NCBI GenBank assembly: GCA_904063045.1
Contig: CAJFCJ010000005.1
Location: 4,369,689 to 4,433,688 of the forward strand
Length of the DNA: 64,000 nucleotides
Direction of reading: 5' to 3'
Source: Dimorphilus gyrociliatus
Lineage: Eukaryota > Animalia > Annelida
The translations under genes and the position numbers were made by a program. The notes under the pieces are model-generated. The model did not search any database, was not told the DNA's origin, and saw only the letters and a list, made by a program, of their open reading frames with translations. Below, in pieces: positions 26,565-39,283 of this stretch. How positions within the stretch are numbered: the first letter of the stretch is position 1; each line of letters opens with the position of its first letter.

Positions 26565-28072
26565 TCAGTTCTTCGGACCGAAGGCATTCATGAGTTCTAG
26601 ATAAGAAATATAAAGTTAGGAACAGTTAAACGAATAGGAAATGCTTTAGTTTCATTCTCTTTCTAAAACTTACCAATCGGTAGAGGGAATATGATGGTGG
26701 AATTCTTTTCTGCTGATATTTGCGTTAGAGTTTGAAGATATCGGAGTTGGAGAGCTCCCGTAGCCTCGTTTATAACATCGGCTGCTTCTTTCAATGCTCT
26801 AGAGGCGTTTTGTTCACCTTCCGCCGCGATAACCTTTGCTCTAGCGTCCCTGGTCGCTTCTGCCTCTGCCGCCATAGCCCTTTGTAGTTGAACAGGTAGT
26901 CGTACATCCTTAATTTCAACCCTTTCAACTTTAACACCCCATGGATCAGTACCTAATGGGAAGAGACAAATTTGAAGAATGTCTTAGATGGATAATTGGT
27001 AGAAGAAGAGGAAGAGGAAGAGGAAGAAGAAGAAGCAGACGAATGTGATAAAGAAAAACAACCAAAGACTATACAACAAAAAGGTGACTCGCAGTGGTTT
27101 ACTTTCTAGCAGAAACTTACCCTCATCAAGGACAATCTGAAGATGAAATAAAACAATATATAGAGTAAAAATTCAAGATTATATAGTAGAGTATTGGATA
27201 GCAGAATAAAAGAGAAGCAGTCTACTTGTACAGTCTACAACTGTTGCATATACAATATACTGTATATTGTATTCATTTAAATAAAGGTACATTTTACTGG
27301 ATTTGTTTTATTTAGTGTCTGATTCTGTCATTCAATATTTACCTGCATATTATTCGCTACTGTTTCCCTTTCTGTTAGAATATCGCTTAGCGTTTTTGTT
27401 CCTAAAATATTTCTTAATGTTGTTTGGGCTAAAAGGCGAGTTGATCTGGAACAATCTTCCACATTCACTACGGAAATCATTGGATTCGAAATTTTATAAT
27501 AAACAACTGCATCAACCGCAATTGTTACCGAATCCTTTGTTAGAATCTCTTGAGGTGGAACGTCAAAGGAAACCGTACGCAAATCAACTTTGACAAAATG
27601 ATCCAAACAGGGTATAATAAAGAATATTCCGGGTCCTCTAGACCCGGAAAGAACTCTTCCAAGTCTAAACATAACCGCTCTTTCGTATTCCTGTACGAGC
27701 TTTACGCACATGAATATTGAAATTGGAAAAGTTAAAAAGATAAGAAGGAGTGAAATTCCTTTCAGGATTATCTAGTAGCGGGAAAAGAATTATTCATTTA
27801 AGTTATAGCTGAAGAAGGAATAGAATAATTAGATAATTATACTGTAGACTTACACCGCAACATCCAAGACTGCCTCCTCCTCCCTTGATCGTAACATTGT
27901 CGTCTGATTAATTTACAGAGTTAGGTTATTGAAAAAAAGAAAAGAGAAGAGGAAGAAAAGCATTTTTGTTTAAAAGTTGTAACTTTTTCAATTAGAAAAA
28001 GAAACGTATAGAAGATTTAAATAAGATTATTTCTGCATAGCTAACTGATCATTTACCTTTCGAATTATCCAT
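26565..28072 (-). CDS. STOM: Stomatin / band-7 (SPFH) protein, paralogue 1 (273 aa)
   Basis: Exons 28072-28057, 27903-27854, 27771-27343, 27136-27121 (16-nt microexon IVLDEG), 26952-26674, 26596-26565 sum to 822 nt in frame. Motifs GCCG, hydrophobic hairpin with [69 protein letters not shown]. Confidence 0.97.
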
Positions 28073-29507
28073 TCCAGCTAGTCAAAGAGTTTTAAATCTT
28101 TCATTCACCCTCTCTCTGTTCCTCTCCCGATCAAGAGATGTTTACAATTAATTATATAAATTATGGTTCTAGTCTGGTTTATCCTCGCGCTGTAGTTTAC
28201 CCTATTGAATTTTCCTCTTGGAGCAGGTAACACATTCGACTAGAGGGGTGTGGTTCCCTGATCAATAATTTATGTAATTATTTTCTTTTTAATTCTGTGC
28301 CTTTTTTTCTTTTTTACCTTTTGCATTTATACTCAAAACAGTGATTCCTTAATGTCTATGCATGCTTGCATGATTTCATTCCAAACAAATTAATTTACTT
28401 AATAAGGTCATCTCTCTTTTCCCATTTAATTTATATTATTCATTTATATATACAGTATACTGTATATGAATGTAAAGTACAATCTAGAGAATTAATCTCT
28501 TTAGTCCTATATCTACCTTTGGAAAATTCTCTTGCTTTTTGGTTTTTTATATTTCATATTTTTTCAACATTCAATATAAGGATTCTCTTTACTATTCTCC
28601 TTAATAAATGTTACATTTATTAATATCTAGTACAGTGTGAGACATCTACTGTGTAATTTGTATATGCCGTATATATACCTTATATACGCTATTCTTTATA
28701 GCTGTTAGCTCAATAGAGCCTATTTCTCAGCCTGTCTAATGGATTTCTTTTGTTTTCTAAAGGCAATGTCGCTATCTTGTTAAAAAAATTAGAATGTAAA
28801 CGTCAGTTGAAATGAATATTTAGTAACGATACTACTCTACAAACAATTAGAATGCTTGTACGGATAATTTATACGCTTTCTTTAACATGTTTTAATAAGA
28901 TATCTTCACCTGGTCTTTCTTTCCTTCTCCTTTTCGAATGCAGGGTAACAGTCTTTAGACTACTCAAATTCGAAATGGAAAATTTTCACCAAGTTCATCT
29001 ATTTTTTATTTCAATTCGAATTTAAAGCTTCGATATTTCCGGTTATTAACACAAAAAACAATAACGCATTTCTCCGACCTCTCGACTGACCTAGTTAAAA
29101 ACATCACAATAAGCATTAATTCAATTTTTTTTTATTATCAAAAATTCCACAAGTGTTTTACTTATTACGATTAATGGAGATAAAAATTGGAGAGAAATAG
29201 GACTACAGTTGAAAGCGATTGTCTCATTAAAATGACAATAACCGTCTTTTAAGAAGGAAAAATGCGAATTTAGGAAGAGAGAAAGAGAAAGAACGTCTTG
29301 GAAAATATGAAAAAGAAAATGGGTAATCATTCGATAATAAGTCACTAATTCGTAATATTTTGCTCTTAATCTTATCATAAAGATATTTACTATTATCAAT
29401 AGCGATAAGAGAAAGAATTCATACTTAAATAAAGAGAGTAAAATCAATTAAATCAATTAATCAACACTGCTGTAAAGTTGTTTGGGTATACTTTTGAATA
29501 TACAAAC

Positions 29508-30427
29508 ATGCGAAAGATAGCTACAATCCTTCTTCCACTTTTCGGTATTTTTCATTCATTGCCCTCTTCACCTGTTTCATTAGTCCTATTTTATAGCTTA
29601 CACTCTGGCCAACGATTGCATTGGTAAACCCGACGGAACTCATGTTCACCAAGCTTGTAATTACTATGTAGAATGTCGTAATCAACAAGAAGTTCCCGTC
29701 TATTGTAATCCACCATCGGTTTATAATCATGTGAAGAGAAAATGCGATAAGTAAGTTATATTCTGTTCATTCTATCCGGCAAATTTGTTCGGATAATAAC
29801 GAGAAAATCACCGATCAGTCCTCAGAACACACCACCTCCTTGCGGAGCTGAAGAGAAGTGCGATGGTTTGCCAAACGGAAGGTATCCCCTATTGAATCTT
29901 CAATGCCAATGCTATTTTACTTGTCAAGGAGGCACAAACATTGGAACCCAATGCTGTCCAAATAGTTAATATTTCATTCAATAATTAATCCAAAATGAAT
30001 ATCGTTTGTAATCCATCTTTTCCTTTGAAATTCATTTATATTAGATTTGGTTTGGGATGTATTTACCGATGTATGTAATTGGCCAAATCTAACGCCTCCA
30101 CCTTGCGGAACTAAACCACCAGAGATTCCTCTTCCCACTACAGCAGCACCCCTGCCTACTACTAACACACCAAAGCCTGCTACTACTCAGGGTGCAATTC
30201 CTCAAACAACTTCACAATTTGGCTGTCCGCCTACCAATTTTTGCCAATCAAATCAAATATGCTGCTGGCATAAACCAACTATTTCTGGTTGTTGTAACAG
30301 CGGTTTTAAATGTTGTCCATCGATAAGAGGCGATGACCATGATTGCTGTCCAGTAAATGAAGTCGGTTGTCACGAAAATGGCAGTTCTAATTGTTATTAT
30401 AATATTTTGAGAACATCTAATAAATAA
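29508..30427 (+). CDS. Secreted chimera: 2x CBM14 + Thr/Pro linker + C-terminal 12-Cys granulin-like domain (CB2)
   Basis: Exons 29508-29544, 29597-29750, 29819-29964, 30045-30427. The last exon reads LVWDVFTDVCNWPNLTPPPC..TTAAPLPTTNTPKPATTQ..GCPPTNFCQSNQICCWHKPTISGCCNSGFKCCPSIRGDDHDCCPVNEVGCHENGSSNCYYNIL in one open frame. Confidence 0.92.
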
Positions 30428-31236
30428 ATGAAGATCAAAAGGAATTTTTATTTTCAAAAAGTACCTGTCTATCTTTTACTCTGTTTTATTGAAGTATACC
30501 ATTAATGGTGGTATTTGACAAACATGTTTTTACTATTTCCTATGTTTTAGCATTCATTTTTTCAAGCTAGTAACATCATTGAAATACTTGAAAGATTTAG
30601 CTGAAAACAAACAAACAAACAAACAAAGCAACATTTTTTTTTCATTCATTCAAAACTCCATCTCAATTTAAAGAATTACTTCACTTCTCACTCCAAAGAG
30701 AGTATGAATAATTAATGGAACTAATTGAGTACATACTTCAACGCCAAAATCATACGCAAGCTCCATTTAATTAATTAAACATAAAGAAGAAGGGTATGAT
30801 ACATAGACAAATGGAAATTTAGTTTAAATAGGTCAACTTTCCACTTTGAACGATATCATAAATAATATATTTTAAATATGGATAGGACCGAAAAAGATCT
30901 TTTCAATAATTAAGATATAGATAATATTCATAGTAGTCACGTGCTTCAATTCTAAACTGTTTGTATTATTAGCAAACTATACTTTACAATGAATGACGTA
31001 AAAGATAAACACAAAGCACTCGTCTTTCATAGATTAAACATATCTACACATTGATTTTTCTTTCAATTTCGCTACCAATCAATCAATTGCAAAAAATCAT
31101 TTAATATAGTTATCTTCAAGATATTTAGCGTTATCAATAAAGATAAGAGAAAAAAAAAGTTCTATTTAAGTAGAATAAGTATAGAACAAATCTCTTTGAT
31201 CTTTTTGGTCATAATCCTGTTGAGAAACATTCAAAG

Positions 31237-31938
31237 ATGATCAAGATAATTGCACTTATCTTGCCATTTTTTGGTAGATTACGATTATTATGATTTTCTT
31301 TTGTCTCTTTCAAAAATTTTCATTCTTGAAGAGTTATCGTTAAAGTCGAATATAATTTTCGTATTTCGCAGTTTACGCTTTGGCCAACGATTGCATTGGT
31401 AAACCCGACGGAACTCATATTCACCAAGCTTGTAATTACTATGTAGAATGTCGTAATCAACAAGAAGTTCCCGTCTTTTGTAATCCACCATCGGTTTATA
31501 ATCATATGAAGAGAACATGCGATAAGTAAGTTGTATTCTATTCATTCTATTCGCTAAATTTGTTCGGATAATAACGAGAAAATCACCGATCAGCCCTCAG
31601 AACACACCACCTCCTTGCGGAAATGAAGAGAAGTGCGATGATTTACCAAACGGAAGGTATCCCCTATTGAATCTTCAATGCCAATGCTATTTTACTTGTC
31701 AAGGAGGCACAAACATTGGAACCCAATGCTGTCCAAATAGTTAATATTTCATTCAATAATTAATCCAAAATGAATATCGTTTGTAATCCATCTTTTCCTT
31801 TGAAATTCATTCATATTAGGTTTGGTTTGGGATGTATTTACCGATGTATGTAATTGGCCAAATCTAACGCCTCCACCTTGCGGATCTAAACCACCAGAAG
31901 CTACTCCTACCCCTTCTCTAAAGGCTAATCCGGAATAG
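31237..31938 (+). CDS. Secreted 2x CBM14 chitin-binding protein, short tail (CB3); recent tandem duplicate of the CB2 5' part
   Basis: Exons 31237-31273, 31372-31525, 31594-31739, 31820-31938. Nearly identical to CB2 including introns 2-3, then diverges after CGSKPPE and stops at ..KANPE*. Confidence 0.9.
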
Positions 31939-34344
31939 TCGATAAATAACGTACGTAGCAACTTTACAAATTGGATCTGTTCTTCAGCCGCTTTTTGGTT
32001 TCTACAATCTAGAACTTTGACTATATCGTCCATCGTTTAGGGTCGAAAAACGAAATTGTTGGTTTATCGTCTATATATCCAATTGGAAGTTTTTTAAATC
32101 GTTATTACAACACCTTAATACAAATATATATATAGTTTATACTGTATAAAGTATACTGTAGAACGCAATAAATGCATTAGTTGACCGTTTAAGGAATCCA
32201 TTAGGCTTTTTGGTTTCAACACTTTTTGCATTAATTATTGAATTCTTCTCTAATTATATAAAAAATATCTGAAAGAAGCTTGGTTTGTATGCGTCAGACA
32301 TAAAAAAAGTGTACGTTAGTTTGTATAGTAAACGATTACCAAGAGAGAATATAGAGACGTAACGATGTTCTAAGAACGATTATCGAAATCTTAATTAAAG
32401 TAACCAAGTAGTAATTAGTTATTATTACAATATAATTCGGTAAGGTTATGTAATCCTGCTCGATACGCACTACATCTCTTGCTTTATCTTACTGAATCTA
32501 TTTCTTTCAATTATCTTATCCGAAAAAGGTTGCTCTTTTACTGATATCATTCTGAAGACATCGTATGCAATATCATACGATTAATGAATATTTAAATTTA
32601 TTCATTAGTTCTATTAATTTCTCAGCTAATCTATTAGAAGAGAATAGTTTGTAGACCTGTTGTTTGGTAGTTTGACAGTGTTTTCCTTTTCTTTGCTCAG
32701 TTTGAGTTATATCGATGCACGCTTAACAAGGAAGGTATACTTTTATTGATATTACTATAGAGACTATCCTTTTATTCTTAATAACTGGAAGAAATGGAAG
32801 AGAAGACTACGCAATGAAATATAACCTTCTATATTTCATCAATCAGGAAATTGCCTATCTAGGATTTTTAGTGGGGAGTAAGTTTTGTTGCTAGTATAAT
32901 CATCTAATATTTGGTTCCTGTACGGATTGACTTTGAAATACTATCATCACTACTTGAGGAGCAATGAAGATGAGTTTGTCCCAAAGATTAATAATATTAT
33001 TCTAAAGCAAACACTATATTCCCAACTATCTAGATATTGCGCAACAAACGTCCTATTACAATGATTTAGCGTCGCTGCCTGCTTTTTATATTGTAGTAAA
33101 TGGAAAAATATAGTTAATAATTCTCTCTGTTAATGAAGAGAGAATTTCACGCTATTAATGAAAATTAGGAGGCAAACCCCGATAAAGCATTGACCCTGCG
33201 CACCTAGGTGGACCTAACTATAATCTATATATACAGTATATATTGTATATAAATCTTTGTTTACTTTACCCTTAAACTAATTAGACCCAACCCTAACTGT
33301 TGTAACTGTTGTATCCTTACAACCGCGCGAATGTTTCTCATGAATGCATCCTAATTAACACGTAATAATCAGGTAAGAAGAGAGTATAAATGTCATTTTA
33401 GGTAATTGTAACGATAGTAATTATTATAGTTAATTAATTAATTATCGCCAATGCACCAATCCAGATAAAATCTTTATCAATAAAACAATGCAGAGGTAAA
33501 AAATTAATGATTTTTTTTTATTTAACATTTTCACTTGACAAAAATTTTGTAATCTAATGTAAAAAACAAACAGAACAGCTCTTCTTTTTATGGAGAGAGG
33601 GAGAGAGAAGAGAGGAGGATGAGGAGGAGGAGGAGGAAAGGAAAGAGAAATAAACAGGAGAAAATATAGTCATCTTTTCTTTATGAATGAAAGCTAAAAG
33701 TGAAACGTAAGGAAAATGTAGTAATGATTGATGGATAGGTTTAAATGGGGTCAACAATCAACAACAGTAACACATTGCTGCTGAATTGCATACATTTCAA
33801 TATGTATGTTATAGATGCATGTCTAATAGATATACAGTATATATTAATACATAAATTTATACACACTGTATGTACTAATATATATTGACCGGTAAATAGG
33901 TGAGATTCCAACTATGCGTTTAATATTTAATTGTAATAATACAACATTCATAGTTCGAGTTATTTGCATAACGCTAGTATATATATAAACACCAATATAC
34001 GAATACATAAATATATGTATATATTTATAAACAACTATTATTTATTCATAGTTTTGAAGGTTTCATAAATAAAACTGCTATTGGTCATTGCCAGTTATTT
34101 TATTTATTGATTAACAAGTTATTACTGTCTAACTTTCAATATATTCAACAGAAATTGATTTATTTGGAAAAGCTGATAATATTCCAGTATGGTGCCAGTC
34201 TTATAAATAGATGGAAACCGGTTCCATTAATATGAATAAATCAGATATTGAATTAGAACCAGTCTAAAATCTCTATCGTTTTAAGCCAAACATTCGATGG
34301 TACCCTAAAAAACATAAACAACTGTTATTTGGGATAAATTCGAA

Positions 34345-36473
34345 ATGGAAAATTCCGAAGGTAAGATTATTAGTTATTCTAGTATTTATTCGTTGTAGTT
34401 GCAGCAGCTGTATACGAACGCATACGTAAATATATAACAAAGTCATCTCCATCCTATATACAGTATATGTAAATTGTACTGTATATAAGGATAAACAGTA
34501 TACATATATTCTCTTTACTATACCAAACACGACGGATAAAGAATGAAATTATAAGAAGATTTACAATCTGCCGTGTTTGTACATTCTAATTTAAATAGTA
34601 TAATCCGTATGTAAAGTTTATATTTATCCAGTCTATCTAGGAAACATACCAACTAGTTTGTATATATAGATATACAAGTATATGTAGAGAAGGAATAGAC
34701 GTAAATTATTTATTGTTTTTAACTACTTACTTCTACCAAACATTTAAAAGGAAAAGATTAAGAAGAATGAGGAGCAGAACAGAGAGATGCTTGCCCTTTT
34801 TTTTTAATTAAAAATGAATAGTTCAAGTAACCTTGGAAACGATTTAATAATTTCAATATTCGAATCCTCCTCCTCTCCTTCTTTCTATTGCTAAATTACC
34901 ACCTATTTGGGGAACGGATACAAAAAACAACTACAATATAATTTACCTATCTAGATGGAGAGGGAAAGGGAAATCGATACGAAGGGAACTTTATAGACGG
35001 TGTAAAAGGAATTATTGATTCTTCATGTAAAATTGATTAATGTAATAACGTATGTATTTGTTGACTTGACAATTCATCATTTACTAATAACATTACAACT
35101 TAGAGCGTGTATTGCGTAATAAATTTATAGAGATTTACTTATAATTATCCAATTTTCTGTGTATTCTATCATCAAGTTCAACCGTATTCATAATATCATT
35201 TTTTTTCTTATTTTCTCTCTCTCTCTCTCTCTCTCCCTCTCTCTCGCTCTCTTTAGCAAGAAAATACGATAGTGAAGGCGATGATTCGGGATGTTGTGGA
35301 GTGAGTAGTTTATACATTCATCCATCCATTACATAATTTCTATTGTTCACAGATAATACTCAAAGTTATTTCATTGGTTTTAATCGTTATCACTTTCCCC
35401 ATATCAATTTGTATGACTCTGAAAATTGTACAAGAATACGAAAGAGCTGTTATGTTCAGACTTGGAAGGGTTCTACCCGGAGCCAGAGGACCTGGGATAT
35501 TTTTTATAATACCTTGCCTCGATAATTTTGTCAAGGTTGATTTACGTACAGTCTCCTTTGATGTTCCCCCTCAAGAGATTCTCACCAAGGATTCCGTAAC
35601 GGTTGCCGTAGACGCAGTTGTTTATTATAGAATATCGAATCCTATGATATCGGTGGTAAACGTTGAAGACTGTTCCCGATCGACCCGCCTCTTATCCCAA
35701 ACAACGCTGAGAAATATTTTAGGGACAAAGACCCTAAGTGATATATTATCAGAAAGAGAAACAGTTGCCACCAATATGCAGGTAGGAGAAGGGACAGAGA
35801 TAATGAAAGAAATCTCTAATTAAAATTGGAATAAATTTACTATTCCCTCTCTTCCCCTTACAGAGCGTCCTCGATGAAGGCAAGTCTTTATAAGAGGGAA
35901 ACGGACCTCTCTTTTCTTGTTGTTTATATAGAATACTGTATTTGTTAAACATTAAACAAACAAACATAACGAATGTTACATTCGTTCTATAAAAATCTAT
36001 ATACAGCGCATAAAGTCAGAATGATTATTTACCCCATTCGCTTTTATATTTAGGAACCGATCCGTGGGGTGTTAAGGTTGAAAGAGTGGAAATAAAAGAC
36101 GTTCGTCTACCAGTTCAGCTGCAAAGAGCTATGGCGGCGGAAGCCGAAGCAACTAGAGATGCTAGAGCTAAAGTAATTGCGGCCGAAGGTGAACAAAATG
36201 CCTCTAGAGCACTAAAAGAAGCGGCCGACGTAATAAGCGAAGCATCGGGTGCCCTTCAGCTAAGATACCTACAAACACTCACACAAATATCGGCAGAGAA
36301 GAATTCGACAATAATCTTCCCTCTGCCAATTGGTTAGTCATTTATTTCTATTCAAATATTTATAATCAAAATTCTTCTCTTGTAAGAATTTCCTCTTTTT
36401 TGGCGTCAATTTTTCAATCATTTCCTTCTCTATTCCAGAATTGATGAGTGCTTTTATCGAAAGGAAGAAATAA
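34345..36473 (+). CDS. STOM: Stomatin / band-7 (SPFH) protein, paralogue 2 (272 aa)
   Basis: Exons 34345-34360 (MENSE), 35257-35300 (..SGCCG), 35353-35781, 35864-35879 (16-nt microexon SVLDEG, GC donor), 36054-36332, 36439-36473 sum to 819 nt in frame. Same exon layout as paralogue 1. Confidence 0.97.
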
Positions 36474-38449
36474 AGCATCGAAATTACTACGATTATATAT
36501 ATATTTTAACTTTCAATTGTCGAGAATCTCTATACGAAAACAAGAGTACATACTAACTACATACTGTATACAGTGGTGTGCGAATGTATGTATGGTATGT
36601 ATCTATCTGTATGTACCTGTATACTTTTTCTATTTAAGGCCTATATATATATAAATATGTACTGTTGTTTCTTTTTTCCTTTTTTGTTATTCTAGTATTA
36701 AATGTACTTTTTTGTTGGTTTTTTTCCTTTTGTTGTTTTTGAGATCTCTGCATTTTGAACAATGTTGAATAGTTTGTTTTTCTTTTTTTCCTCCATTTCT
36801 TTAGTTAGTTATGTAAGGGAAAAGAATTAAAACATCTTTCAACATTTGTCCTATAAATAACATACTCTTTTCAAATTTTCAACCATATATGTATATACAT
36901 AAATATATTAACTTCTACAGTATATACATCTATTGTTGACATTTCTATAAATGTACTATGAATGTATAAGGAAAACAGTTTAGTGTTTGGGAATTTCATC
37001 AAAATTTTTGATAATAAACTGCCATCGCTATAATTGAATTAATTATTTCTTACGCAACTTATACTAGACATTCGTCAGGCCCTTTTATCTTGAATTAAAT
37101 TAAATGAGGAAAGGTTAGAAGGATATAGAAGGAGGGAGGGAGGGATGAAGATTACAGGTAAGCAGGTTTTCTCCTTCTTTTTACCTCCACCGTAAACATT
37201 TTCTCATTGTTTTTCTCCCTTTGCAATTATATAATTATTAATTCATTGAAAGTAGTCCAACAATTTTATCACGTTTAGAATAATCAATATCCTCTACCGC
37301 TGTCTCTAAGATACTATAGACCTATTATTTATAAATAGGCTTATTTTTAAAACGTTTATAGCATCACTTGGAAATGAAAGGAAAAAGAGAAATCTCTCAT
37401 CAGGCGAGGTTTCTACTAAATCTATTTATAAAATATAAAATCTATATAACCCCAATACGGTTGTAAAGTATAATAGTACTATCATTTTCTTGATTAACTT
37501 TTAATTATCATAACAATATCGATATATGGAAAAAGCTTAATTTTGATGGTGGAAAATAGGCAGGAAAAATTCTCATACCATATGTCTATCGCCAGCCTTT
37601 TCAACTTGTTAACCCTAACCCTAACTCTTAGCATAACCTTTACTTAACATTAATTCATACTTTACTTACGAAAGTATGCTCTTCAATAGACTAGAACGAT
37701 TCTTTAATGGATTTTGATTTCTTTTCTTCCAAAACTACTTATACGGAAGGAGAAATCATGAGTAGTTGTTGAAAATGTAAATATACAATATACTGTATAT
37801 GTATTGAATGCGTAATTATGATTTTTCAACATTTTATAAACATTTCTCATTTCATGACCAAGACATTCAGTAATCTCTTTTAATTCTTCTTTTCTTCTTC
37901 TTCTTCTTCTTCTGATTCTTCCTGATCAGCCGTTAGGCCAATTTTAGTCTGAAAGGTTTTATTCTAGACTAATGACGTATGATAATATAGAAAGGTTACG
38001 ATTGCCGCCTGACTAGAATGGAATTATGGAAATATGTTCAAAGAAAATCTAACCCTGGAACAAACTCAATGTCTTATTATTCAGTATTTCTGGTAAAATA
38101 TCTAATGGATTAGTGATTTTAGGCTCTGTTTAAGAATTTCCAAGTACAAAACTAAAATTTTTTTCTTATTGTTAGCCAAGGGCATAAATTCATGAATATT
38201 TATGAGATATTAAAGATTACAAGGAACAAGGCAGAAAAAGGTCAATATCGTAGTTTGCGCTCATCTCGTCTGCTCTTCCCTAATTACGTCTCAAAATCGC
38301 ATAGCTAACCGTGACCTCCAACTATACGTTCCAGACGAATAATTCAACCTTTCCCAGCTGTAATTCGGCACGTATTGCAAGTTTAGTATTGAAAGTATAG
38401 CTCTTACATAATGAATTATATTTAACAATATCCGCATATTGCTGATTTA

Positions 38450-39283
38450 ATTGAAAAAAGATCAACTATCTAACAATACACATGAAATATATAGATATAC
38501 AGTTTATTAAGAATATTCTGTGAATTCTTCTCTTAGCCGCTGTTGCGAAAGAAATTAAACGTTGATCGACTTCATAATGTATGATGAAAATATATATTGA
38601 GCAGCATACAATACCAATGTACAGCCTAACCAATCAGCTACATTCCCATTTTCATATCTGCAAATAGAACAAGAGTATAGAACGTAGAGAGAACAATGAT
38701 TAATTTCATTTCTGATGATTATCCTACTAACTTTGTATCGTAATTTGTAGAACAGAAATGCAGTTTTCCATCCGGACTAGTCCGAAGTTTTACATGAAAA
38801 TACAAGTGCCAAATGAAATTAATCCAAAATGAGATGAAAACTCCATAATAGATAATGGAATATAATTTCTGTTGAATTGTTGCTTGATATTTGAATAGGG
38901 CGAAGAGAAAATCTAGGCTTAGAATTAAAAACGATGTACACAGCGGTAAAACTGCTATCAGGTTCTATCCAGGTAGCCTATTCGTATATATAATAACGAT
39001 TATAGAATTTTAATACAATTTTTACAATAATAGATTAACTATTACTTACAAACTATCAAAGATGGTCGTCAAGCAAACCTTATGACGAAAATCACTGGAA
39101 TTGTATTCTTTCTTTATAGTTTATTGTTAATAGAAGGAAAAATATTAAAAGTCCACAAGAAATGTTACAAATTGCAATAAAACAAATTTCAAAATTGATT
39201 AAATTCTCTATGATTTTCTTTTGACAAATTTCTCTTAGTTTCTTCATGTTTAACGGAGAAATAAGCCCTATATATTCCGACAT
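38450..39283 (-). pseudogene. Possible degenerate rhodopsin-like 7TM fragments
   Basis: Minus-strand stretches NLIAVLPLCTSFLILSLDFLFALFKY..YGVFISFWINFIWHLYF..HFCS (TM3-TM4-ECL2-like) and IGIVCCSIYIFII..AKRRIHRIFLINCISIYFMCIV (TM5-ICL3-TM6-like). I could not join them without a frameshift. Confidence 0.3.

Noticed and set aside
28966-28984. 19-bp exact match AAATTCGAAATGGAAAATT to the STOM2 first exon region (34336-34354)
   Set aside because: It has no donor site or further similarity and is very AT-rich; it could be chance or a tiny relic, and nothing more can be supported.
32600-33150. Hydrophobic plus-strand open stretches (FVDLLFGSLTVFSFSLL.., TILLFLITG.., WFLYGLTLK..)
   Set aside because: I could not assemble them into a consistent frame or recognise a family.
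1554-36473. Idea that TRPC, CNBD and stomatins form a mechanosensory operon-like unit
   Set aside because: Eukaryotic adjacency with mixed orientations gives no sequence evidence of co-regulation.
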